Below the pieces are notes generated by a model. That model was not told where the DNA came from and did no database searches. It was given only the letters and a program-made list of their open reading frames with translations. Both the position numbers and the translations under genes were made by a program. From an uncultured Chloroflexia bacterium (lineage in GTDB: Bacteria; Chloroflexota; Anaerolineae; JAAYZQ01): a stretch of 64,000 nucleotides of DNA. Below, in pieces: positions 19,750 to 28,275 of this stretch (position 1 is its first letter; the number at the start of each line of letters is the position of its first letter). The DNA lies in the NCBI GenBank assembly GCA_963700285.1, contig CAVOXA010000009.1, forward strand, positions 192,001-256,000. Direction: 5' to 3'.

Positions 19750-21023
19750 TTAGTCCGCAGCGGGCCGCTGCTGCAACCATTTCTGGGCAGCCTCCCAGGC
19801 CACATTCTCGGCCGCAAGCACCCGCGCGGTCGCCGGGAAAACGTTTTCGGCTCCGAGTGTGTCCAGCGCACCGCTCTTCTTCAACGCATCCAGCACCGCC
19901 GGGTTGACATCTGCCAGCATCAAAACACTGCCGCCCGCCCTGAGGTCTTGCGAATAGCGTTCCAGCCACTTGATCATGGTGCTGGTGACATGCTGCACGT
20001 CACGCACGATGAGGACAACCACGGCCCTGGATATTCCGGCCGTGGGCGGCATTAGGTCCGCCAGCGCGGGGACTTCTGCAAAGAAATCCAGACCTTGCAC
20101 TACCAAGACTGTGGCCTGGTTGGGTGCCAGCGCTTCCGGCGCCTCGCGCATCTCCCAGCCGCCATCCTCCAGCCGCACAGCTTGCCGTAATGTGAAACTG
20201 CGTGCCGAAGCGCCGACATACAATAGCAACGACAGCAGTGCACCGAGAAATATCGTGTACTGCAACGGAATGAACAAAGCTGAGATCAAGGTCAGGGCAA
20301 GTGCCACGATCGGCCCCCACGCGCCGGTGCGTATCACTAGCCGTGCGCTGGGGACGCGTGCCACAATCAGTTCGATACCGATCACCACCAGCATCCCACC
20401 GATGACGGCCAGTGGCACTTTTTCGGCGGAACTGCCAAACAGAAGCAGGATCAGGCCCAACCACAGGCCGGCAAAGACACCCCCCCCAGCGACTGTTGGC
20501 ACCTGCTCCGACGCTGATACCTGTGCGGGAGAGTGATCCGCCTGTACCCATCGACTGGAAGAAGCTACCCGCCAGGTTGCCCAAACCCTCCCCTAAAAAG
20601 TCGCGCGATTGGCTGGCTTTGCTCCCATCCGGGTTGGGCACTGCTGTACTGATGCCCGCCCCTTGGGCCAATGCCACCAGCGCTACCGATACAGCACCCA
20701 GGGCGAGCTGTGGTATCAGGCTAAAGTTCGGCAGCATGAACGTGGGCAGTCCGTTGGGAATTGTGGCGATGCTGCTCACCAACTCTGTCTGGATACTGAA
20801 CACATTGACAATCACAGTGCCGACAATCAGCACTCAGGATTGTGCCGGTGCTGAGCGAGGCCACGATCGTGGCGACGATGCCAGAATACATGCCGTAGAT
20901 CGGATTTGCCCCGGCCAGCTGGGCGTAGGCCATACCTTCCGGAATGCTGAACAGACCGGTGGCCAACCCTGAGATGATATTCGGAACGAAACCTGAACGT
21001 TTAGACTTTGTTTCCGTGGTCAC
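19750..21023 (-). pseudogene. SulP/STAS anion transporter with internal deletion and frameshift
   Basis: SulP N-terminus 'SIPEGMAYAQLAG.NP.YG.Y' jumps out of frame at ~20835 to 'VLIVGTVIVNVF..IATIPNGLP'. A second frameshift lies in a G-run at ~20480, followed by the STAS C-terminus. About 425 codons versus 571 for the intact paralogue. Confidence 0.8.
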
Positions 21024-21039
21024 TGTCTCTCCTCGCGAT

Positions 21040-22515
21040 TCATATGCCTGTCTCAGCATTGACCCTATGATTCTCCACGGCAGCAACAAGCGCCTGGTAA
21101 TCGCGCTCATTCTGGTCCGCGTAGGCAACTGCAAACTCGGCCAGTGCCATATCGATGGCATCACGCTTCCCCAGGTAAGCGCCTATGGCGAAGCGGTCGC
21201 CAGTGCGGGCGTGGGCGCGGGCCAGCGTCCAGCCGCACATTTTCCCGAAAACCATCATCTCGTCAGGCTTCATGAGCTCGACATCCACTGAGATTTTCCA
21301 GTCCCATAGCTGCCGGATGTAAAAATCGTGGGGCTTGCCATCGAGCCCGGCTGGCGTCCGTTCCCAGCCCAGGAATATATCGCTCGATGCCTGCATCAGC
21401 CGTTGCCCCTCGATCACACGCTGGCCATGTTCTGCATAGACGGACTTGGTCAGGTAGGGCTCCAACACCGAGGCCTGGGCTTCCTTGACCTGAAGGAAAA
21501 GGGGATCGCGGTCATCGCGCCCCAACAGGAGCAAGATCCAAGTGAGGGTCCCAACGCTGCCAACGCCGACGACCTTGCGGGAAATATGAACGTAATGGAA
21601 GCTGTCCAGCAGGCGACGGTGGTCCGGTTGCAGGCTTGACCGGTAGTCGCGGATGAGCCCGCGCATTGTCTCCTCAAACTCATCCTGCTCCGCATCTGGC
21701 AGGAGGTCTTCAACCGGCACGACCAACGGTGGATTCGCAGCAATACGCAGTTGGCCATTGACCCGGGTGGTGAGTTTCTCAAAGGCGCGCAGATTGTCCC
21801 GGTGGGAAGCGTGAGCAAAGTCTGCATTCAGCGTCTTCATGACCTTGGGCTTTGCCGACGTTCCCCAGCGTGCCTGAATCGCCTCTGGGGTTAGGTACAG
21901 GTACCACAGGTCGAGATTACCCATCTCGGCGAATTCGCGCATGGCGCGGTGGTATTCGCCCACAGTCGCCAGCACCAGTCTGCGACGCGTCTTGGCCTTG
22001 AAACCGCTTTCACGGCCGGCAATCTCGAGGCTGGCTGCCAGGCGCTTCAAGTCCCATTCCCAGGGTCCGGGCAGCGTCTCATCAAAGTCGCTGATATCAA
22101 GAATCAGCTCCCGTTCCGGCGAGGCGAACCCGCCAAAGTTTGCCACGTGCGCGTCGCCGCACAGTTGTACATGCAGCCCCGTATTCGGCATCGTCGCCAG
22201 GTCAGAAGCCATGATCGCTGCTGCGCCACGGTAGAAAGCAAAGGGTGAGGCTAGCATGCGACCGTACCGTATTGGCACCAAGTTCGGTAGGCGCGTTGCC
22301 GCTTGCGCTTCCAGCAGGTCGATGGGATCCGGTCGATTCGCCGGTGGATACCAGGCAGCGTGGTCAGCGCAGGGAACTTTCGAACGTGCCGCCTTTCCAG
22401 TCGCTATCCGCTCAGCACGCGTTTCATGGCGAACGGCGCCCATCCCTGTTGGCGAGCCCAAAGGACTAGGCCCTAGGTTGGTCCTGGAGGATACTGCCTC
22501 CGGCTCTTGTACCAT
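21040..22515 (-). CDS. DUF2252 domain protein (kinase-like fold)
   Basis: 'RYGRMLASPFAFYRG', 'CGDAH..NFG', 'DFDE', 'KVVGVGSVG', 'LQVKEA', 'LARAHAR.GD'. Confidence 0.92.
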   Translation of the reverse strand: MVQEPEAVSSRTNLGPSPLGSPTGMGAVRHETRAERIATGKAARSKVPCADHAAWYPPANRPDPIDLLEAQAATRLPNLVPIRYGRMLASPFAFYRGAAAIMASDLATMPNTGLHVQLCGDAHVANFGGFASPERELILDISDFDETLPGPWEWDLKRLAASLEIAGRESGFKAKTRRRLVLATVGEYHRAMREFAEMGNLDLWYLYLTPEAIQARWGTSAKPKVMKTLNADFAHASHRDNLRAFEKLTTRVNGQLRIAANPPLVVPVEDLLPDAEQDEFEETMRGLIRDYRSSLQPDHRRLLDSFHYVHISRKVVGVGSVGTLTWILLLLGRDDRDPLFLQVKEAQASVLEPYLTKSVYAEHGQRVIEGQRLMQASSDIFLGWERTPAGLDGKPHDFYIRQLWDWKISVDVELMKPDEMMVFGKMCGWTLARAHARTGDRFAIGAYLGKRDAIDMALAEFAVAYADQNERDYQALVAAVENHRVNAETGI

Positions 22516-22577
22516 TGCTGTAGACTCCTGATTGGGGTGGGATGCGCCGCATCCACACCCACCCCAATGTGGCCGGG

Positions 22578-24293
22578 CTATGATTGATTGTCTGCGATCG
22601 CTGCGCGATAGGCAGCTTCTACGTCGCTGAGCGTCTCAAAGTAGGCATCTTGCCCAACCAGGTCGGTTACCTCAGACTGGTCCAGCTCGCCGCGGACGTC
22701 TTCTGTGATCTCGGCAAGAACCAGCCGGATGCCCTTCTCCTGCAACGTCTTGTAGGTCTCTCGCAGTGTAGCGGCCGCTGAAAAGTCGATCTCATCCACA
22801 GCAGTCGCATCAAGGCAGAACCAGGATAGGGGTGGCTGTGCGCTGTCCACCAGCTCGAGCACCTCCTCCGAGAAGTGTTCTGCGTTGGCATAGTACATGC
22901 TATGTTGGAAGCGATAGATCATCAGGCCTGGGATAACCTGGGCATGGCTGCTGACCGGAGCCAAGTGCTGTGTTCCGGAAGGATCGACTGTCAGCACGGC
23001 GTTCTTGGGCTTGTATCCATGCCGGGTATGGATCAGTATAGAGAGCACGATGGCCAGCAGGATACCCTGCTCGACGCCGACAAAGATCACTACCAGGGCC
23101 GTGATCAATGCGACCCAGAATTCAACCGGGCGCTGGGCATAGATCTTGCGCATCCCCAAGGTGTCGACCAGCTCAATCCCGATCAGGAAAACGACCGAGG
23201 AGAGCACTGCTTCCGGCATGTAAGCCAGGGGTTTGGTCAAGAAGAGCAATACGATTACGACGATGACGGAGGTGGTTAGCGTAGCCAGCTGGCTGCGCCC
23301 ACCTGCGCTGTCGACCATCTGAGTCTTGGTCGGGCTGCCGTTCACTACGAACGTGCCGCTGAACCCCGCACCGATATTGGCCAGACCCAGCCCTACCAGA
23401 TCAACGTTCTCACTAAACTTCTCGCTATAGCGGGTGGCATACGCCCGTGAGGTGGCTGCACTCTGCGCCAGGATGACGATGAACATCGAGAAAGCAGTCC
23501 CAAGGAGCAAAGAGATGGTGCTCGGGTTCAAGGTTGCACCCGAGGGAAGGCCGATTTTCGGCAGGCCACCGGGGACAGTACCCAGCACGGCGACACCATA
23601 GGATGAAAGATTCAACAGGTAGCTCACCACGATGGCGCCGACGACGGCTATCAAGGGGCCGGGGATCTTTTTATTGATCCTCCTGGCGCCCACGATGATC
23701 CCCAGCACTGCGATCGATACGGCCAGCGTATAAGGGTTGGTCTGGCCAAGCTGCTGGAAGTCGGTGATGAGGTTTTGTACCGGACCAGCCCCGCCGCCAG
23801 GGATGCCCAACATTCCCGATATCTGTCCAACCGCCACCTGGATGCCAACGCCGGTCAGGAAGCCGATCAACACCGTGCGGGAAAGAAAATCGGCCAAGAA
23901 CCCCAGCTTGATCAGGCGGGCAAGGATCAGAAGACCTGCTGCCATAAGCGCCAGTATTCCAGCGTAGGCGACATACTCCGGCGATGCGGCAGTAGCCAGC
24001 CCGGCCAAGCCGGCGGCCATGATGGCTGCTGTAGCCGAATCTGCACCTACAACCAGGTGTCTTGATGAGCCAAAGAGCGCAAATAAGGCTGTCGGGATCA
24101 AGATGGTGTAGAGACCGGTGACCACGGGCATGCCAGCGATCTTGGTATAACCCATCACCTCCGGTATCGCCAGAGCGGCCAGAGTGATGCCGGCAATAAT
24201 ATCAATGGAGATCCGCGATCGATCAATCGGCAGGATGCCAGCCATGAAATTTAGACTGCGCTCTGCTTTTTTCTGTGCAGGAATTGTTATCAT
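22578..24293 (-). CDS. SulP family inorganic anion transporter with STAS domain
   Basis: 'AGITLAALAIPEVMGY', 'GSSRHLVVG.DS', 'VNGSPTKT', STAS 'LDATAV..ID'. Confidence 0.95.
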   Translation of the reverse strand: MITIPAQKKAERSLNFMAGILPIDRSRISIDIIAGITLAALAIPEVMGYTKIAGMPVVTGLYTILIPTALFALFGSSRHLVVGADSATAAIMAAGLAGLATAASPEYVAYAGILALMAAGLLILARLIKLGFLADFLSRTVLIGFLTGVGIQVAVGQISGMLGIPGGGAGPVQNLITDFQQLGQTNPYTLAVSIAVLGIIVGARRINKKIPGPLIAVVGAIVVSYLLNLSSYGVAVLGTVPGGLPKIGLPSGATLNPSTISLLLGTAFSMFIVILAQSAATSRAYATRYSEKFSENVDLVGLGLANIGAGFSGTFVVNGSPTKTQMVDSAGGRSQLATLTTSVIVVIVLLFLTKPLAYMPEAVLSSVVFLIGIELVDTLGMRKIYAQRPVEFWVALITALVVIFVGVEQGILLAIVLSILIHTRHGYKPKNAVLTVDPSGTQHLAPVSSHAQVIPGLMIYRFQHSMYYANAEHFSEEVLELVDSAQPPLSWFCLDATAVDEIDFSAAATLRETYKTLQEKGIRLVLAEITEDVRGELDQSEVTDLVGQDAYFETLSDVEAAYRAAIADNQS

Positions 24294-24425
24294 GGTTTGC
24301 TCCTCACTTACTAATCGGTGTGCTTTGAAGACCGAACGCCGCTAAAGGCATTGGTGCCGATGCCGGATTCGGCGAAAGCATCCTGAAGGGCCGCATCGCT
24401 TGCAGGCAGCCAGATCCCCGAAGGC

Positions 24426-24740
24426 TCAGTTGGCCAGGAGTTTTTGCTTGGCAGCGGCAAACTCTTTGTCGCTCAGTTCGCCTGACTCGTGTAGCTCGGC
24501 GAGCTGCTGAAGCTGGGCCGTCAGATCTGGCGCAGGAGCTTGCTCAACCGGGGCAGTGTCCTGCTCAGCCTCGTCCTCGTAGTACTCTTCTTCCTGCATT
24601 GGCTGTTCTTCGGCGTCTTGCTGCGCCCACTTTTTATCCTGGTGGTGGTGCACCGCGCCGGCGGTGCCCGCCATGACCGCCGTTCCAACGGCAACTCGAG
24701 CTACACGCCTTCTTCTCATCATTCTTCTGGCTCTGGGCAT
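24426..24740 (-). CDS. SHOCT domain protein
   Basis: Arg-rich N-terminus, 'RVAVGTAVMAGTAGAV', C-terminal 'L.QLAELH.SG.LS..EF.AAK.KLL'; AGGAGG RBS. Confidence 0.88.
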   Translation of the reverse strand: MPRARRMMRRRRVARVAVGTAVMAGTAGAVHHHQDKKWAQQDAEEQPMQEEEYYEDEAEQDTAPVEQAPAPDLTAQLQQLAELHESGELSDKEFAAAKQKLLAN

Positions 24741-24772
24741 AGTAACCTCCTGATCGTTTTTAGGTTAGGGTC

Positions 24773-25213
24773 TCAACCCCCGGATGACTCGGCCTCGGCA
24801 AAGATCTCCAGCGTTTCATTGATGACCTCGAAGGGGATCCGTTCGTGCATTACCAGCCGGCCACTGGCACGGACGACAGCTTCTGCGAACTTGATCGCCC
24901 ACAGGTTTTCGATCAGCAGCACCGCCGCGGTGGTATTGTTCTCCATTTCCTCGGCGATCATGGCGATATCTTCAACCTGGACGATGCCACTGATTTCCAC
25001 TTCCAGCGGATCAAAGATAGTCAAAAGACCGGGATCAATCTCCTCCATTTCGAGCGCCTTGTGATGCCCACCCTGATCCTTCTGGATGATCACAAGATCG
25101 ACCACCCGTACGATCTTGTTTTGAACCAGCTCGAGCAACTCACCGATGATCTCACCTTTGAGTTGGTCGGTCTGGAACTCGAGCGCGATCAAGTCGATTG
25201 GACCATAAGACAT
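24773..25213 (-). CDS. DUF6325 / DUF1269-like protein
   Basis: 'MSYGPID...EF', 'IVRVVDLV...KD..G', 'AAVLLIENLWA', 'RIP'; AAGGAG RBS. Confidence 0.85.
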   Translation of the reverse strand: MSYGPIDLIALEFQTDQLKGEIIGELLELVQNKIVRVVDLVIIQKDQGGHHKALEMEEIDPGLLTIFDPLEVEISGIVQVEDIAMIAEEMENNTTAAVLLIENLWAIKFAEAVVRASGRLVMHERIPFEVINETLEIFAEAESSGG

Positions 25214-25298
25214 TGGATTTCTCCTTTCCATACTTGATAGATCTCCGGTCACACAAGTTTTCGAGGTTCTGGTGTGTGTAAGGAAGCAAATACCCGGT

Positions 25299-26591
25299 TC
25301 AACCCCCGTGCTCAGGTGCAGCAGCTTGTTGCCCTGCTTTCCCTGCTGACGCCCTTTTTTCTTTGCTTCCAAACAGGCCTTGAACGATGGCGCGAGCGAC
25401 CAATGCCGCCAGGATGACTGGCAGGGCGTTGGTTGGCGACATGCCGATAACGATTATGCCGATTACCACCAGCGCCAGCGGAATAGGCACAATGGCAGCG
25501 GGCACTGCCACTATCATGCAGCCGAAGGTCAAACCCGGCGGAAGTTGGGGAAAGAGAAGGTTGATGGCTGCCCCCAGGGCTGAGCCGACAAACAGGAGCG
25601 GGAAGATCGGGCCGCCGATGAAACCGAAGGACAGTGCCCCGCTCAAGGCCAGCAACTTGGCCAGAGCAAACACAAGAAGGAGGGCTACCCCGATTTCTGA
25701 CGCCTGTTGGTATACGTCAACCATTCCATTGGTGCCCAGACCAATCGTAATGGGCAGGGCGACGGCCAGCAAGCCCAGCAGAAACCCTCCCAGCGTACCG
25801 CGTATGATCGGTTGACGGTTGAGCGGCGCCACCAGGCGGCCGAGAATCTTGTTCAATACCGGAAAGAGTAGGCTCACAGGAACAGCGAGGATGCCCAACA
25901 CAATACCCACTCCCAGGTGCCACAGCTTCAGATCGTAGGCAGGTGGCGACAAAAGGCCCAGTAACGGTGAGAAGGTGTCTCCACCAAGAAAGTAAAAGAG
26001 GCCAAACCCCATCGCCGCCGCCAGTCCGGTGATCAACAGAACTCCAACGTAGGCTGGAGATTGGATGTGGTTCGATTCCAGCAGCATCAGCAGCATCGCA
26101 AACGGTGATGAAAACAGGCCGGCGTAGGCGCCCGAAACACTACTAAGGACATTAATTCGGGTGCCTTCGGCATCCATCTTGCGCCGCTTGGAGATCCAGG
26201 ATCCCAGGCCTGCGGCCAGCATACCGGAGGGCACTTCGGGGCCAAGGCTGAAACCACCGATTAGCGATACCAGTGATGCCAGCAGTGATGCTGGTACCGG
26301 CTTTGGGTCCATATACCCTTCATCCACCGCAGTAAATACATCCAGTTCGCTGGCTGATGTAAAGTGATGGATTAAACCTACCAGAAACCCGGCCACCGTC
26401 ATGATGACAACCATCACCCAAGGTCCGGAAAAGGGAGTCCAGTCTGTGATGCCGGGCGAGATTAGACTTTGGCCCAGGTTCATAAGGCCGAGGAAGATGA
26501 ACGCCCCTATCGCACTGAGCAAGCCAACCAGTAGGCCCCAGCACAGACGCTGCCAATAAGCTCTTGATCTTAAACTGAAGTCTTCTGACAT
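25299..26591 (-). CDS. Chloride channel (ClC-family) protein
   Basis: 'GGFSLGPEVP', 'LFSSP', 'GFIGGPIFP' ClC signature variants; ~11 TM segments. Confidence 0.88.
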   Translation of the reverse strand: MSEDFSLRSRAYWQRLCWGLLVGLLSAIGAFIFLGLMNLGQSLISPGITDWTPFSGPWVMVVIMTVAGFLVGLIHHFTSASELDVFTAVDEGYMDPKPVPASLLASLVSLIGGFSLGPEVPSGMLAAGLGSWISKRRKMDAEGTRINVLSSVSGAYAGLFSSPFAMLLMLLESNHIQSPAYVGVLLITGLAAAMGFGLFYFLGGDTFSPLLGLLSPPAYDLKLWHLGVGIVLGILAVPVSLLFPVLNKILGRLVAPLNRQPIIRGTLGGFLLGLLAVALPITIGLGTNGMVDVYQQASEIGVALLLVFALAKLLALSGALSFGFIGGPIFPLLFVGSALGAAINLLFPQLPPGLTFGCMIVAVPAAIVPIPLALVVIGIIVIGMSPTNALPVILAALVARAIVQGLFGSKEKRASAGKAGQQAAAPEHGG

Positions 26592-26778
26592 AATCCCATC
26601 TCCTCCACGGGGCCGCCCTCGTTCTCGATCCAGGAATCATCGCCGATGCTTCACCTTCTGGCGCATCTGATAGCGGTTGCCCCCGCCCCCCCGGTCGCCC
26701 GAGTTACCGACCGTCCCTCCGTTCTTCTCGTCTCCCTTGTCCCATGTCTATTTCCTATCTACCGATTCCGCTTCGCAC

Positions 26779-27180
26779 CTATTCTTCTTTCAATGCACCG
26801 GGAACCTGACCGCAGGCTGCAGCGTGCCGCGCACGGCTCTGCCGGATGGCAGCCATCAGGTCGCTCGGCGTGTCGCCGGACACGACAAAGGCATCGGCGC
26901 CGGCAGCCAGGGCCTCTTGCCGGGCGCCTTCGTCGCGGCCAAGCACGATGACTTGGGGCGAGGGCCTGGGGCGCTTGATCTCGGCCAGCAGAGGGATGGG
27001 GGCGTAGCCCGGTAGATCCCAATCGAGGAGGACCAGATCCGGGTACGCGGTCCGCAGCAGCGCCCGCAGGCTTGCCGCTTCGGTTACCGTGCCGACCACG
27101 AACAGGCCGGGCTCAGCGTCAAGGTACAACTGCAGTGCCAGCTGTAGATCGCGGTGTTGAGCGGCCAAAACTACTTGCAT
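26779..27180 (-). CDS. Single-domain response regulator receiver (atypical)
   Basis: 'PDLVLLDWDLPG', 'ALAAGADAFV'; lacks the N-terminal acidic pair and the conserved Lys. Confidence 0.75.
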   Translation of the reverse strand: MQVVLAAQHRDLQLALQLYLDAEPGLFVVGTVTEAASLRALLRTAYPDLVLLDWDLPGYAPIPLLAEIKRPRPSPQVIVLGRDEGARQEALAAGADAFVVSGDTPSDLMAAIRQSRARHAAACGQVPGALKEE

Positions 27181-27444
27181 GCGGGGCACCTTTCTTCTCA
27201 GACCCAATCCCCAGATCTGGAGTATACTGAGGTTGTCACCGGTTGTGGCCGAACGCGCAAGGCCGCGCGGTGCCCTCTTGGACCAGGACCGACAATCCTC
27301 TAACCCCAGTGTACGGGCAATGACCGGCCGAGACAACGGTCATTGCTCATATCTTGACCTGGATACCCGTCATATCTTTGATGCGGACACCTGTCCGGGC
27401 AGGACAAGTACATATGTACAGGTATGGGCGTCTGGGGATGGGAA

Positions 27445-27538
27445 GAACGAGGATGGAGGATGGACAAACGACGAAGGACGATGGATGACCGGACCAACCT
27501 TGGGCGGTTATCGTCTATCGACCTTCGTCAATCGTCCC
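27445..27538. repeat. Inverted array of degenerate heptamers (GACGA(A/T)G / C(A/T)TCGTC)
   Basis: 'gaggatggaggatggacaaacgacgaaggacgatggatgacc' ... 'ggttatcgtctatcgaccttcgtcaatcgtcc'. Confidence 0.7.
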
Positions 27539-28181
27539 TGGGAACTAGCTTGTGCTGCAAAGCCAGGGTGGCAGCTTCGGTGCGGTTTTTTACCCCCAGC
27601 TTGGAGAGGATGCTGCTAACGTGCATCCGGACGGTGAGATGGCTCAAGGTTAGCGCTTCGCCGATCCCTTTGTTGGTCTTGCCGGCGACCAGCAGCGTGA
27701 GGATCTCTCGCTCACGGGGGGTCAGGTCCGTACCCAGGGGGAGCGACTGCCGGGCTGCCGCAGCAAGGACCCTGGCGGCGGCCGAGTCGATGGTCGGCTG
27801 CCCCCGATGCGCCGCCCGGATGGCCTCGGCCAGCTTGCCGGGATTGACGTCCTTGAGCATATAGCTGACCGCCCCGGCTTGAATGGCCCGCCGGATCAGG
27901 TCTTCCTCGACGAAGCTGGTTAGGGCGATCACCTGGACCTGAGGGTGGGCCTCACGCATGCGTGCTGTGGCTGTTGGGCCATCCAGCGTGGGCATAAGCA
28001 GATCCATCAGGACCACGTCCGGCCGGGCCTCGGCACACAGTTCGATGGCTTGGGCGCCGTCCTCTGCCTCGGCGACCACTTCAAGGTCATCATAATTCGA
28101 CAGAAACACCCTCAGCCCATCCCGGACCATCAGGTGATCATCCACGATCATGACGCGAATGGGAGTTGGTTCACTCATCAT
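27528..28181 (-). CDS. NarL/LuxR family response regulator
   Basis: REC 'IVDDH...PDVVLMD', HTH 'LTPREREIL..L..G.TNK.I...L......V..HVS.IL.KL.V.NRTEA'. Confidence 0.95.
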   Translation of the reverse strand: MMSEPTPIRVMIVDDHLMVRDGLRVFLSNYDDLEVVAEAEDGAQAIELCAEARPDVVLMDLLMPTLDGPTATARMREAHPQVQVIALTSFVEEDLIRRAIQAGAVSYMLKDVNPGKLAEAIRAAHRGQPTIDSAAARVLAAAARQSLPLGTDLTPREREILTLLVAGKTNKGIGEALTLSHLTVRMHVSSILSKLGVKNRTEAATLALQHKLVPRDD

Positions 28182-28193
28182 GGATCCTCTTTA

Positions 28194-28275
28194 AGATGAC
28201 GAATGACGACGATGGACGAAGGATCAAAGTGTCAGTTCATCTGCCTTTCGTCTTTGGTCGTTTGTCCTTCGTCTA
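28194..28275. repeat. Second inverted degenerate-heptamer array
   Basis: 'gatgacgaatgacgacgatggacgaaggatc' ... 'ctttcgtctttggtcgtttgtccttcgtc'; overlaps the histidine kinase 3' end. Confidence 0.7.

Noticed and set aside
26592-26700. Possible fluoride riboswitch upstream of the ClC gene
   Set aside because: Only GGCGATG matches; the GTTCGCC pairing and downstream conserved elements are absent.
27345-27420. CATATCTT direct repeat and GTACATATGTAC palindrome upstream of the receiver gene
   Set aside because: Could be a NarL-type site, but no second instance was found in the window to support it.
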